Assembly: GCF_020745735.1 (NCBI RefSeq)
Contig: NW_026867603.1
Span: 1,860,001-1,924,000 of the forward strand
Origin: Hemiscyllium ocellatum
Taxonomy: Eukaryota
Direction: 5' to 3'
DNA: 64,000 nt
How positions within the stretch are numbered: the first letter of the stretch is position 1; every line of letters starts with the position of its first letter. Position numbers and translations under genes: made by a program. The notes below the pieces were generated by a model. It saw only the letters and a list, made by a program, of their open reading frames with translations. It was not told where the DNA came from and did no database searches. Below, piece by piece: positions 14,336 to 28,145 of the stretch.

Positions 14336-14810
14336 GTTTGTAGGATGAATTTGTACTGCAGAGTTACATTGTACTTTGCTCATAAACTGCGTGAATCCTT
14401 GTAAATCTCTTTTTAGATTAGAATCAGTCATGATTCTAATTAGAAACATTATGGCACAGACAGGGAACACAGGGGGATAACTCCTTTAACATCTCAACAT
14501 CTTAGCTGTTCTGACACTAATTGTTACAGTTAACATGAGAATGTCATTAAAAAAACGTTTTGTGATTTGCATGTGAAAGAAATGCAACTATCATCATCAT
14601 TCTAACAGATGAGAGACTTAGCAAACAATCAAGGCATTTTTCAATTTATAATTTATAATTTCTTCTACATCACATTGTAAACGTTTGCTATAAATTCTGT
14701 GTCTTACAATTGCGCACTCCACAACCACCTGATGAAGGAGAGTTGCTCCGAAAGTTAGTGCTTCCAATTAAAGCTATTGGACTATAACGTGGTGTGTGTG
14801 ATTTGTAACT
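14336..14810 (+). mobile_element. Penelope-like element 3' end with hammerhead motif
   Basis: Ends in 'cacctgatgaaggag...ctccgaaagttagtgcttccaattaaa...tgtgatttgtaact'; same family at 31630 and 63720. Penelope assignment is by recalled similarity plus the hammerhead. Confidence 0.6.
14726..14760 (+). ncRNA. Minimal type I hammerhead ribozyme motif (family B)
   Basis: CAC-CTGATGA-A-GGAG-agttg-CTCC-GAAA-G-TTA-GTG: stem I CAC/GTG, stem II GGAG/CTCC, intact core, predicted cleavage after UUA (14757). Confidence 0.7.
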
Positions 14811-16655
14811 GAGAACAAACAGAGTTGTTAGCAATCGTTATTCCCCGTGCCATGTGATACGGATGCAAAGAATATGGAAAAAATACCAGCGCAACACGTG
14901 GCTCCAGGGATGGTGCAGGAAGGAGGGTTTCAGATACTTAGATGATTGGGATTCATTCTAGGAAATATCGGACGTGTACAAACAGGATGGTCCTCACTTG
15001 CACCAGAGGGGTACTGATATTCTGATGGGAAACTTGCGAGTGCCATTCGGGTGTATTTAAACCGGCTCAGCAGTGGGAACCTAATGTGTAGATGCAGTAA
15101 ACAGAAGAATGAGAATAGAGAAGATCGGTACAGGATTTCATGTTCACAAGAATGGCAGATAGCAAGCTGGTTTGAAGTGTTTCTACTTCAATGCCTGAAG
15201 TATCTGAAGTAATGTAGATGAACTTGTAGCATGGATAGGTACCTGAGACTTCGATGTTGTGGCCATTTTGGAGAGATGGGTGGAGTATGGTGAGGAATGG
15301 GTGTTGCAGGTTCCAGGGTTTAGATCTTTCATTAAGAACAGGCAAGGAGGTAAAAGAGGGTGAAGTTTGACCTGGTTAGTAAACAATAGTAGAACGGTGG
15401 CTTAAAGAATTTTGACGAGGACTCGTCGACTGAGGTAGTATGGACTGAGGTTAGAAACAGGAGAGGAGCGATCACACTGCTTGGAGTCTTTTATAGGCCG
15501 CTGTAGAGTTCCAGGGAAGTGGATGAGAGAATTGGCAAAATGATTCTGGGTAGGAGTGAAAGGAAGAGGGTAGTCATGATGGGCAAGTGTAACTACCCCA
15601 ACATTGACTGGATTTAGCAGTTTGGATTAGAAACTGGATGGCGGTTAATGGAAAATATTCAGCCTGGAGTTCGGTTACTTCCGATGTACCACAAGTATCT
15701 GTTTTGAGACCAATGCTGTTTTTGTTATATTTTTAAATGATTTAGGCACTTACATTGATGGATGGATCAGTAAATTTGCAGAAAACACTAAAGTCGGTGG
15801 AGTAATTGACAGTGTGCAATAATGTTACAGGTGATAGAGGTACTTGGATAAACTGCATAAGTGGGCTGAGAGGTGGAAAATGAGGATCAATTCGGCTAAA
15901 TGCGTGGTGATTGACTTTGTGAAGATTAACAGGAAAGCAGAGTACAAAATCAATGGAAAGATGCTTGGTAATGTGGATGTGCAGATGGATCTTGGAGTCC
16001 ATGTACATAGATCACTGAATGTTGCCACCCAGGTTAGATAGTGCTTTTAAGGAGGCATACGGTGTGTTAGGTTTCATAGGGGGATGGATTGTATACCTGA
16101 GCCATGTCATGCTGCAACTATACAAAACGCCAGTGCGGCCACTCTTGGAATATTGTGTACAGGAATGATGTGGAAGCATTGAAAAAGGTGCAGAGGAGAT
16201 GTTGACTGGTCTGGAGGGAAGCTGTTATGAGTAAATCCTGATATACTTAGGTCTGTTCCCATTTGAAATATGTAGGCTAAGAGGAGATTTGCTAGAGTCA
16301 TACAAGATCATCAGAAGTTTAAATAGGGTAGACAGTAAAAGTCTTTTACCTAGGATTATGACGTTAGCTTGTATGAAGGAGCATAACGACAAGGTAAGGG
16401 GTAATAGATTTAAGACAGATGTCAGAGGCAGGTTCTTTACTCAGATCGTGGCAACGGCATGGAATGTTCCACCTATCAATGTTAACTCAGATATATCAGG
16501 CTGATTTAAACAATTCTTGGATAAGCACATGGATGATGGTAGGTTAGTGTAGGGGGATAATATTAAAATAGTTCACAGTTCGGCGCAACAGCGAGGGTGG
16601 AAGGGTCTGTTCTATGCTGTTTTGTTCTATGATCTATGATCTCTATGATCTATGA
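14811..16655 (+). mobile_element. CR1-like LINE (endonuclease and RT remnants, 3' tail)
   Basis: Endonuclease-like remnant near 15170-15620, RT 3' region, tail 'ctatgatctatgatctctatgatctatga'. Confidence 0.85.
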
Positions 16656-19070
16656 ATGTCCACCCTCTGCCGAGACGTACAATCAGCGGGACCGTTTCTG
16701 TCTTAGCCGTGTGAGGTCACCTGGTCATGACCGTCAATCATAGACAAAAAGATGCTTAGGAGGCAGGCAATACGTTACCTTCAAGACAAATCTAGGAGAT
16801 CCTCGTTTAACACCTAGGTCTAGTGGGAACAACGCTCAAAGAAAACAGGGAACTGCCCTATGTCACCCGCTTCAGTCGAGACCTGGACACCTGGTCCCAC
16901 GGAAAGTGGCTATCTGTGATTTCTTTCGAATTTGAAAAGATTGGACTGCAGTCATTGCTGGAGGAAATGGTGACCCCTCCTCGGGCACTGTAGATTTACT
17001 GAAATGTACAGGAAAATTCATAGAGGTTGCAAACCAACACCAGCCCACTAACGTGAAAGAGCATCACGAGAGCCCCCCCCTAAAACGGCCATACCACAAC
17101 TCCCAGGCGTTGCCCGCCTCATTATGCCATTCAGTACCCCAACCTGCCCCTACCACGTCCTGAATCAAATATGCTGCAAAATGGGTTGCCTGCTTTAGCC
17201 CCGTCCCAGGCTAAGGAGGGCACACAGGAGGACGCAGCGGACACAGAGCGACCCGAATTACCACCGCCGCCATACATCGCCGACCATTCTGATTACCTGC
17301 AGCAGAGTTGCTGCTGCTGCTCAAAAACAACAGAGCACAGACCATCTACTCCCTCTCATAATCATCAGTTGCACTACGATGGATAAGCTCTGGATCCATG
17401 CAGAGTTCTGGAACATGTTGAAGAACCTTTGGGCGGCACGGTGGCACAGTGGTTAGCACTGCTGCCTCACAGCGCCTGTAGACCCGGGTTCAATTCCCGA
17501 CTCAGGCGACTGACTGTGTGGAGTTTGCACGTTCTCCCCGTGTCTGCGTGGGTTTCCTCCGGGTGCTCCGGTTTCCTCCCACAGTCACAAAGATGTGCGG
17601 GTCAGGTGAATTGGCCAAGCTAAATTGCCCATAGTGTTAGGTAAGGGGTAAATGTAGGGGTATGGGTGGGTTGCGCTTCGGCGGGTCGGTGTGGACTTGT
17701 TGGGCCGAAGGGCCTGTTTCCACACTGTAAGTCTAATCTAAAAAAAAAACCTTTTAGAAAGCCCAATGCCCTTCCACAATTGGCTAGTGCAAATTTCAGC
17801 CATCTATAATTTCCTGCCCAAAGACACACAGATCCTTTTGCAACTGGCATATTGGAGAACTGTTCGTTCCGCTGTAGAACTGCCTACCCGAGAGTGGGAC
17901 TCCACTTTGTACAAGTGGGAGTGCAGGCTGAACAATTGAACAATACTGTAAAAGATGCAATAAATAAAACAATGCAATGCAGCACGCAGATCTTAGCGTT
18001 GTAACACGGTATCTGCAAAAAGCAGATGAAACACGAACAGACGTCATTGACCGTTTCAAAAAAGTTTACGATCGTTCAGCTATCTTGTTTGTAGGAAACC
18101 AACAACTTGCAGTACAGACTCTTGTAAACAACATTTTGCCATCCGATGACCAAATATATAAATTACACAGCATGGCCTGGCAAACAGCAGAATGGGGAAA
18201 CACGTTAACGACAGGGAACAACCTGGATGGAAATCAGTTGCTTCCCACTTGCAGCCAGAAAGGGACATTCTCTCGGACTGCATGACCAACCCACCGGACA
18301 CACGGCAACAAGCCACCACAATGGCCCAGCAGCCGCCCCAGATGGCAATGCTGCAATTGCGGGAGAGTGGGACATTGGTGAGGGGATTTAGTTCAGGAGT
18401 CAGAGTCACCCATATGACCACACACCACCCCATCTCCAGTGGGCACCACAACAGAACACTGCACCTGTGAGGCAACTTCGATAGGCTGCTAACACAATAA
18501 CTAATGGCTTTTCCCGTATTCAACAACCCAACGAGGGCTGTCACAAGAGGAAACAGCTGCAGGCAGTTTCCGTATGCGTCTCCTACACGCCGTCTGGAAA
18601 TCCAACGGTGGATATTAAACTCGAGGGCCACCCATTCGTCTGGACCTCCCTGACTGAAATTTAAAACAAGCTGGAAAACTGTCTGAACCCTGGGGTTTTC
18701 GGGAATGCACAAGTTGTAGCGACTTCCAGATATCATGCAGTTCACCATAAGACCCACCATAGTCCTAGCCACTGCCATTATCTCTGTCTCTTGTCCTGTC
18801 GGCCTCCTGCCTCGCCAGATACTGTGCAAGTTATATTTCTACATCCAATGCTCCCCTTCAAGGACTCACGCTCGAAATCCCAGAAGCAAATTATTCCATG
18901 CTGTTGGCAGTCCTGAGCCCTCTGAAAAGGGAAACACTTGCTCTGCCTGGTTGTGCCAGGAGAACGTACCCACGCCTTATTGCAACCTCTCATCTCCCAG
19001 CTCTCAACCACAACTGCATCCCCCGCATTATCCTTCACGTTGGCTATCGTGAGTCCAGCCCGCAGCAACA
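16656..19070 (+). pseudogene. gag: ERV leader/gag remnant
   Basis: Matrix-like RDLDTWSHGKWLS; late-domain PELPPPPY (~17250-17280); MHR-like QEETAAGSFRMRLL; many stops; interrupted by SINE. Confidence 0.6.
17431..17745 (+). mobile_element. tRNA-derived SINE (HE1-like) inserted in ERV gag
   Basis: Well-preserved head and tail; 7-bp TSD AACCTTT (17424-17430 and 17748-17754). Confidence 0.9.
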
Positions 19071-19074
19071 GGCA

Positions 19075-21286
19075 TCAATTAATGTGTTTTCTGTGTATAA
19101 TGCAGAAGTTGCAGGATCAATTCATTCCAAAAAGGAAGAAAGGTCCTAGGAGGAGGCATGGGTGGCCGTGGCTGACGAGGGAAGTTAAGAAACATATAAA
19201 GTTAAAAGAGAAAAAGTATAACATAGCAAAGATAAGTGGAAAAACGGAGGGCTGGGGAGTTTTTAAACAATAACAGAGGATTACTAAGAAGGACATACAC
19301 TTAGGAAAAGTGAGGTACGAAGGTAAACTGGCCAATAATATAAAGGATGAAGTGCTCTGGCCCGAAACGTCGCATATCCTGTTCCGTGGATGCTGCCTGA
19401 CCTGCTGTGCTTTAACCAGCAACACATTTTCAGCTCTGATCTCCAGCATCTGTAGACCTCACTTTTTACTCTTAATAATATAAAGGAGGATAGTAAAAGT
19501 TTTTTAGGTAAGTGTAAGGAAAAAAATGGTTAAGACTAAAATTGGGCCCTTTAAGGCAGAAACAGGGGAATATATTACGGGGAACAAAGAAATGGCAGAC
19601 GAATTGAATTGGTACTTCAGATCTGTGTTCACTGGGTAAGACACAAGCAATCTCCCTGAGGTAAGAGTGGCTGAAGGGCCTGAACTTAAGGGAATTTATA
19701 TTTGCCAGGAATTGGTTTTGGAGAGACTGTTAGGTCTGAAGTTTGATAAGTCCCCGGCGCCTGATGTTCTACATCCCAGGGTACTGAACGAAATGGGTCG
19801 AGAAATCGTGGATGCGTTTATTTTCCAGAGTTCGATAGATTCGTGATCAGTACCTGCAGATTGGAGGGTGGCTAATGTTGTACCACTTTTTAAGAAAGGT
19901 GGGAGAGAGAAAGCAGGAAGTTATAGACCAGTTAGTCTGACCTCAGTGGTGGGAAAGATGCTGGAGTTTATTATAAAGGATGAAATTACGACACATCTGG
20001 ATAGTAGTAACAGGATAGATCAGAGTCAGCATGGATTTATGAAAGGGAAATCATGCTTGACTAATCTTCTGGAATTTTTTGAGGATGTGACGTTGAAGAT
20101 GGACGACGGAGACCCTTGTAGGTGCAGTGTACCTGGACTTTCAGAAAGCTTTTGATAAAGTCCCACATAGGAGGTTAGTGACCAGACTTAGGGTGCGTTG
20201 TAATGGTGGAAAAGTACTAACTTGGATTGGAAGTTGGTTGGCTGATAGGAAACAAAAAATAGTGATAAACGACTCCATTTTAGAATGGCAGGCAGTGACC
20301 AGTGGCGTACCTCAGGGATCAGTACTGGGCCGCAGCTTTATACAAGATATGTTCATGATATAGAAGATGGTATTAGTAATAACATTAGCAAATTTGCTGA
20401 TGATACTAAGCTGGGTGGCAGGGTGAAATGTGATGAGGAAGTTAGGAGATAACACGGTGATCTGGACAAGTTAGGTGAGTAGTCAGATTTGTGGCAGATG
20501 CAGTTCAATGTGGATAAATGCATAGTTATCCACTTTGGTGGCAAGAACAGGAAGGCAGATTACTACCTAAATGGAATCAATTTAAGTAAAGGGGTAGTAC
20601 AGAGAGGTCTGGGTGTTCTTGTACATCAGTCAATGAAGGTAAGCATGCAAGTACAGCAGGGTAGTCAAGAAGGCTAATGGCATGCTGGCCTTCATACAAG
20701 AGGGATTGTGTATAGGAGCAAAAGGTTCTTCTGCAGTGGTACAGGGCCCTGGTGAGACCACACCTGGAGTACTGTGTGCAGTTCTAGTCTCCAAATTTGA
20801 GGAAATACGTTCTGCTATTGAGGGAGTGCAGCGTAGGTTCACGAGGTCAATTCCTGGAAAGTGGGATTACCTTACACTGAAAGACTGGAGAGACTGTGCT
20901 TGTATACCCTTGAGTTTAGAAGACTGAGAGGGGATCTGATTGAGGTATATAAGATTACTAAAGATTGGACACTCTGGAGGCAGGAAACATTTTCCGCTGA
21001 TGGGTGAGTGCTGAACCAGAGGATACAGCTTAAAAATACGGGGCAGACCATTTAGGAGAGAGATTAGGAGAAACGTCTTCACCCAGAGACTGGTGGCTGT
21101 GTGGAATGCTCTGCTCCAGTCTCTGGATTCATTTAAGAAAGAGTTGGATAGAGCTCTCAAGGATTGTGGAGATAATGCAGGAACAGGATACCGATTAAGG
21201 ATGATCAGCCATGATCATATTGAATGGTGGTGCAGGTTCGAAGGGCAGAATGGCCTACTCCTGCATCTATTGTCTATTGTCTATTG
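19075..21286 (+). mobile_element. CR1-like LINE inserted between ERV gag and pro
   Basis: ORF remnants ANVVPLFKKGGREKAGSYRPVSLTSVVGK, YLDFQKAFDKVPH, GVPQGSVLG, FADD; tail (ctattgt)3. Confidence 0.92.
19348..19473 (+). mobile_element. Short Penelope-end-derived element, 5'-truncated inside the hammerhead core
   Basis: Starts TGAAG-tgctctggccc-GAAACGTCG; flanked by 14-bp TSD AATAATATAAAGGA (19334-19347 and 19474-19487). Confidence 0.85.
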
Positions 21287-21289
21287 TCA

Positions 21290-24200
21290 AATGCTGCGCT
21301 CACGGATTCATATCTCGAACTCACTTCCTCACTAACGATCACTGGGAGAAAATTTGTCGGACCTCACGGTGTTGCAGCAGAAGTTCAAGACAGAACAGAG
21401 CAGGCTGTGCTGGTCTGGAACGACCAATGCCATTTCCTCACATTCGCCTTATTGTTAAGGGGCCATGACTCCCACAAGATCTAGCAAGCATGGTAGTGCA
21501 ACCTGAATAAACATCATTACATTTCACACCCCTTGGGTAAGATACAGATCATTGTGCACAGTTTGGATAAGATGAGTTCTGTGCATCCTGCGCTCCCCCA
21601 TTACTACAAGGTGCATTTTTTAAAAATGGAACCCAGGCACTATCCAATTGTACGAGAGTCTCTTTTTCCAAGATCACTGTGGGCACAGCACTCGAACCGC
21701 GCAGACAAGATACTATCCGCCCCATCACATACAGTTACACTCAGCCAGGGAACCGGAGTACCATTAATACAATCACCCGCTGCAGTGAGGATGATCAAAC
21801 CAGTTATTGAGTCACATCAGCAACAGGGAATCAGCGTGCCCACCACCTGCCCGTGCAACACACCCCACCCAAAGCCCGAGAGATCTGGAAATTGGCACTT
21901 TGCTCAAGATATTACTGTTGTTAATGCCATTGACGTTCCTTGCTCATCAGTGATCCTGGACACAAATGCGAGCTTGACCAATATCTGCACATCTGCCACA
22001 TGCTTCGCTGTTATCTACCTATGCTCAGTATTTTTTTCACGATTAAATTGTCCCCTGAAAATCAATATGTTTTGCTTTTACGTACAACTGCTGCAAATAG
22101 ACATTGACCCAGAGTTCTCAAGGGTGTGTGGAGATGCCCGCTGTTTTTGTTGCAGCAATACAACGCACCCTGTCCACCCTCCAGCTGCAGTTTGCAGATG
22201 ACCTACTATTGTCTTGTGCCTCTGCTATTACATGCGTAAAGGATATAGAGGCCTAGCTCCACTGTCTGGTACTGGATATCTATCGCAAAAATGCAGCTCT
22301 GTCAGAAAAAAACGCCCAATACATGGGGTATGACCTTTCACATAGCGTTAGAGCAGTATCCAAGGAGCGGATGGCAGCCATCGCCCAACTTCTCTCACCT
22401 GCCACAAGGTGCAAGCTTTTCTAGGAATGGTAAACTACTGCAGATGCTGGATCCCTGATTTGTCATTGATGCACCCCTGCAGGATGCAGCTTCCCATAAA
22501 CAGCCAGCCAAGTTGAAGTGGACGCCCGGAATGTAATGGGCATTCATTGAAGAGACGACTAATCTCTCATGCTGCTCCAGAAGGCCGAAATTTCTCACAA
22601 TCTTTATGTAACCAAATCAGAGGGGTTCATGAACCTACTTTTTAATGCAACTTCATGGGGATCTCAGTTGCCCTGTTGCCTTTTACCACCTGATGTGAGG
22701 GGAATGTTGTTATGCTTGCACGCATTTACACCAGCTGCAGTAACCTTCAGAATGTTTATCCCCGATGTACTCGATCACTCGTGTCATGTTTAGGTACCAC
22801 AGTCAGTCTCCCTGCTTCTCAATTGATCAGCAACTCAATATTTTGCGACAACTCGGAGGACTGGCTGCGAGTTTGCTTTGCGATCTGAGGCAAACGTCTC
22901 CCTCCAGCATGCCCCAGCCTTGAACCACGCCACCCCTTCCGCTCACCCAGCATGATGTTGCAGACGACCATGACACTTAAGACACCTGCTTCAGCAATGA
23001 TTACCCAACGTCCTGACTTGCCCAAAACGCCACCAGGAAACTCTGAACTGATGCCTTTTACTGACCACTCTTCCTTTCGGCCATGATACGATTGCACATT
23101 AGCAGGGTATGCATTCTGCACCCTTGACACCATCCTAGAACCAGCTGCATTACCAGACAGGTTGTCTTCACAGGTTGCAGAGCTCTTCACTCTCAATGGA
23201 GCCTGCCTTTGGGTAAAGTGTATCACAGCCAACATTTACACATACTCCAAAATATGCCTTTGTCATCGTTCACGATTTTGGCACAATATGGAAGCAGAGG
23301 GATTCATCACACCAGCATGCTGCAGTCATCGCCAACCTCCGAGAAGCAGTCCTGCTACCTTCTGCTATAACAGTTATAAAATGTGCTGCTCACACCTCTG
23401 CCACTGATCCTATCATTAAAGGAAATGCCGTCGCTGATGTAGTAACCCCGGAGGCTGAACTTCACCCGGCCACATATGTCCTGCAGAACCCCAGGGTGGC
23501 AAAACCTCCGCAGACCACTGATCCACTCGATTCAGTCAGAGCTGCTTAGTAAACTTCCCCACAAGAAGAGAGGGCCACTTGGGCCCGCATTGGGGCCGTG
23601 CACTCACCCTCCGTGCATGTACTTATACACCCTGATGGCTGCATCATCTGACCAAAAGCGCAATTACACTTACTGGCGCTGATGGCACACGAATTCAGAC
23701 ACACAGCCAAGAGAGGTATGATACATGCTGAGCCGTTCTGGATATGCACCGGAATTCCCTGCAGTTGCCCAAGCCCTGCTGTCACAATGTCTCATCTGTG
23801 TACAGAACAATTCAAACATGATCTCTTAGCAGTTCCTGGGGGCCATTCACGCACCTTCATAATGATTTGGCCCGCTGGCCTCCGAAACAGAGGGACCCAT
23901 TTCACTGCGAATATTTTTATTACAGTAAGTGATGCTCTTGGAAAACCCTGGAGACACCACCCTACCGGCCCCAGTCATCCGGAATGGTGGAAAGAATGGA
24001 AGACACCTTCAAAACCATCCTCAGAAAAATCCTTCAGGACACAGAACTGACTTGGTCAGACACTCTGCCACTGGCGCTGTACACGATAATAGGACAGGTA
24101 AACCGAACGACGGTACTTACACTCTTTCAGGTGCGAATGGGACGACCCATGTCCACAGCCATCAGACCCACAAATCTGCCCACTGACACGGCGCTGATGT

Positions 24201-24535
24201 AATTCCGGGAGGCTGTCTTAGATTACGTTCAAGTCCTTAGTAGAATGATCACATTAAATCATGATTTGGTAAAAGCTGTGGTGCTCACAGCACATCAGGA
24301 ACTACTTCAACAATTTAAAATTGCGATTATGTATTGACACAGTCACTGCCGAAACATTTTTTCCCCTCGGTGGAAAGGATCATTCCTGGTATTGCTGAGG
24401 AGCAGGACAGCTGTCAAAGCCCTCCAGCTCCCGAGAAGAACGACCAAGCAGGACAGGAAGCAGCTCCTGAACCAGAGAGGGACACAGCTGCGCACCATAG
24501 ATATTGTTGGTCAGGGATGATACAACGGCTGTGCT
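21290..24535 (+). pseudogene. pol: ERV pro-pol remnant (RT, RNase H, integrase)
   Basis: IKPVIESHQQQGISVPTTCPCNTP...WHFAQDITVVNAI; LQFADDLLL (22185-22211); SQVAELFTL...ANIYTYS; HDFGTIWKQRGF; GNAVAD; HHCC remnant; WSDTLPLAL; PRWKGSFLVLL. Confidence 0.92.
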
Positions 24536-24539
24536 AAAG

Positions 24540-27140
24540 GAGGGCACTATGGAGGGCTTGAGTAATGAGGCATTATGAGTGGAGCTGAGAAATAAGAAGG
24601 CTACTTTTACATTGTTGGGGGCTGTATCACTGGCCTCCCAAAAATGAGCATGCGGTAGGAGATCACAAATGTAAATAGATTACGGAAAAAAAAAAGCCAG
24701 GCAACAGGGTGTTAGTGGTGGGAGATATTAATTTTCCCAACATTGACTGAGATGAACTTAGTGTCAGACGTCTGGATGAGGTAACACTTGTAAGAAGCGT
24801 CTAAGAGAGTTTTCTAGAGCAGTATGTCAATAGTTAGATGAGGCAAGGGATTATATTGGACCTGTTGTTGGGGAATGAGCCAGGCCAGGTAGTAGACATT
24901 GAGGTGGGGATTTATTTGGGAAAAGTCCCCACAATTCTGCAAGTTTTAGAATAACCAAAGATAATGAGAGTTGTCCTAATGAACTAAACTGAGCCAAAGC
25001 CAATAAAATCAAAATTAGGCAGGAGCTGGGAAATGTTGATTCGACACAGCTATTTGAAGGAAAGTCCACATTTGACATTCGGGAGGCTTCAATGATAGTT
25101 TGAAGATAGTGCAGGCTGGGCATGTCCCGTCGAAGTCAAGGATAGAAAAGGCAAGATTCATGAACCGTGGATTACAGAAGAAATCATGCGACTAGACAAG
25201 AAGAAAAGGAAATGTACATAAGGTCTAGGCTGATAAGACAGAACGGGAACTGGGTGAATATTGGAAGACCAGGGCCAATCTTAACTGAGGAATCAAGCGA
25301 GCTAAAGAGGGTCATGATTTAGCTTTAGTGAGCATAATTAGGGTCTTTTCTTCTTACATAAGAATCAAGCAGGTAACTAGAAAAAGGATTAGTCCACTAA
25401 AGAATAATGAAGCAAGGCTGTGTGCCGAATCAGAGATCATGGGTAACATTCTGAATGATTACTTTAAATCAGTGTTCACTGAGGAGAAGGACACGATGAT
25501 TTTTGTGATTAGAGATACAGGTTTCATTACTCTGGATTACGTTGATATAAGGAGGGAAGGGTGTTGGGTAAGCTAGAAGTTATTTAGGTATATACATCCC
25601 CAGGACAGGATGGGATCTAAACCAGGTTGCTGAGGGAAGCGAGAGAGGAAATAACTGGTGCCCTGACAGCTATCTTTGTCGCATCCTTAAATACAGGTGA
25701 GGTGTCGGAGCATAGGATAGTTGCTCATGTTGGCCCTGTACGAGAAGGGCTATTCCGGGTAACTATAGACCGGTGAGCCTGACGTCAGTGGTGGGAACTT
25801 TGCTGGGGAAGGTACTGAAGAATACAATCTATCTATGATTGGAAAAGAATGGGCTTATCAGTGATAGGCCAAATGGTTTTGTGCGGGGGCTATCGTTCCT
25901 TACCAACTTAATAGAGTTCATTGAGGAAGCGAAAAAGATGATAGGTGAAGGAAGGGCTGCAGATATCATGTGCATGGAATTTAGTAAGGCCTTGATAAGG
26001 TTCCCCATGGTAAACTAATAGAGATAGTAGAGTCACATGGTGTGCAGTGTGTTCTAGCTAGGCGTATACAGAACTAATTCAGCAACAGGAGACAGAGAGT
26101 AGTAATAGAAGGGAGGTTCTCGAAATGGAGAAAGGTGACCAGTGGTGTTCGACAGTGATCAGTACTGGGACCACTGTTGTTCATGATATACAACAATGAT
26201 CTAGAAGAGGGCACTTTTGGTATGAGCAGCAAGTTTGCAGATGACAAGAAGATTGGTGGAGAAGCAGAAAGCATATGGGTCTGTCAAAGAACACAAGTGA
26301 CTACACATAGATTAAAGAGTTGCGCGGAGAATTAGCAGATGGATTTCAATCCAAGGCAAATGTTAGGCAAATATTGGGAAATCTAAGTAAGAACTGAATT
26401 ATGCAGGAAACAGAAGAGTCTTCGAAGAAGTTGATGAGCAGAGAGATATGGGATTGAGGACTAATATACACTGAAGGTTGCTGTATAGATGGATAGAGTG
26501 GTCAAGAATGCATATGGTATGCTTGCCTTCATTGGATAGGGTACTGAGTATAAGAGCTGGCAGGCCATGTTAAAATTGTGCACGCCGTTGTTTCAGCCAC
26601 ATTTAAAATACGGTGTGTAGTTCTGATCGCCACATTACCAAAGGAATGTTGATGCTTTGGGAGGGTGTAGAGAAGATTTACGAGGATGTTGCCTGGTATG
26701 GAACATACTAGCTGTGAAGAGAGGTTGAGTAGGTTACTTTGTGTTTTCATTATAAAAAAAGGAGATTGGGGGAGGGCCTGATTAAGGTCTGCAGAATCGT
26801 GAAGAGTATAGGCAGAGACGATTGAGATAATGTTTTTCCCAAGGGTGAAGGATTAAATAACGAGAGATCACGCTTTCATGGTGAGAGGTGAAAAGTTTAA
26901 GGGGGATTAACGCAGCAAGTACTTTGCACAGAGGGTGGTGGGTGCCTCGAACGCATTGTCATCAGAGGTATTAGAAGCAAGCACGGTAGATTCTGGGCAG
27001 ATGCATGAGTAGGTGGGGAGCAGAGGGAAAAATATGCTTAGGAATTGGGTGACAGGTTTAGACAGGACTTTGATCGGCTGGGGTTGGAGGACAGAAGGGC
27101 CTGTTCCTTGGCTGTAAATCTTCTTTGTTCTTTGTTCTCT
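24540..27140 (+). mobile_element. CR1-like LINE inserted between ERV pol and env
   Basis: Endonuclease remnant (IVVGDINFPNID-like), RT remnants, tail 'ttctttgttctttgttct'. Confidence 0.88.
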
Positions 27141-27920
27141 CCACATGGGAGACTGGTTAGAGCCATTGTGCTAACGCACTTCTCCTGATCCCCGCAGATC
27201 ACCAGTCGGTAATAGTTTGCAGCATCCTAAATTTATTTGTCCCCATCAAGTCTGCACACAATTCTACTTTCAACAGCATATGAACAGGAACACTAATCCA
27301 CCCATCTAAAAACACACAATGGCACTTATTTAGTCTTCATTCTAAAGGCATAACCTTGGCTGCCACTGTCATGTACTGGCAGCTGTTTCATCCGGGAAGT
27401 GGTACCATTCATTTACCACTCTCAGCCCTTCTCACTTCGAGAAGCTTATTACCTTCAGGAAACGCGTCCTCACTGCGCTAGACGAGGTGATGTTCATATT
27501 TATGCCCACTTACGCAATGCTGCAGCTGGACATCGAGGCACATCAGCTGGCCACCACGTTGGAGAAGATAGCAATTGTCACAGTTGAAGTCATTCCCCAG
27601 CTGAAAGCAGAGTGTGTCGCCAATCTAACTGTGGATCCACAAAATAGAAAGACCCTGGACAACTTGCTGATCAAAAAACGGGGCAAGTGGGCCCTCATAG
27701 GTGTGGACCCCAGCGAAATATAATGGACCTGGCGCACTTCATCTGACAGGCTGCTGCTGAATTACATGTCCTGCTGCAGAGACTGATATGCCTTAATACC
27801 GTTCTTGAAGATATCGTAGTTCTGATCATAGTCCTCTGTATATGTTGGTTCCGGTTGTGTGCAGCATTGTTACCCACGACCCCTCACAACCTCGCTAGGA
27901 CAAGGCCACTGGAATAACAT

Positions 27921-28145
27921 GGAGAAAGTGAGGACTGCAGATGCTGGAGATCAGAGCTGGAAAATGTGTTGCTGGAAAAGCGCAGCAGGTCAGGAAGCAT
28001 CAAAGGAGCAGGAGAATCGACGTTTCAGGCATAAGCCCTTCTTCAGGACTGATTCCTGAAGAAGGGCTTATGCCCGAAACGTCGATTCCCCCGCTCCTTT
28101 GGTGCTGCCTGACCTGCTATGCTTTTCCAGCAACACATTTTTCAG
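27921..28145. mobile_element. Head-to-head (palindromic) pair of Penelope-end elements, each with a hammerhead motif
   Basis: Arms ~27955-28048 and 28054-28145 are reverse complements with a 5-nt spacer; near-TSD CACTGGAATAACAT (27907-27920) / CACTTGAATGACAT (28146-28159), 12/14 identical. Confidence 0.85.
28051..28088 (+). ncRNA. Minimal type I hammerhead ribozyme motif (family A), core intact
   Basis: GATTC-CTGAAGA-A-GGGC-TTAT-GCCC-GAAA-C-GTC-GATTC; perfect 4-bp stem II, palindromic ACGT in place of helix III, GUC cleavage triplet at 28081-28083. Confidence 0.8.

Noticed and set aside
18080-18829. 249-aa minus-strand ORF
   Set aside because: Antisense to ERV gag, no recognisable motif; likely a chance open frame.
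21533-22201. 222-aa ORF as an intact gene
   Set aside because: Part of decayed ERV RT, with internal frameshift-derived sequence.
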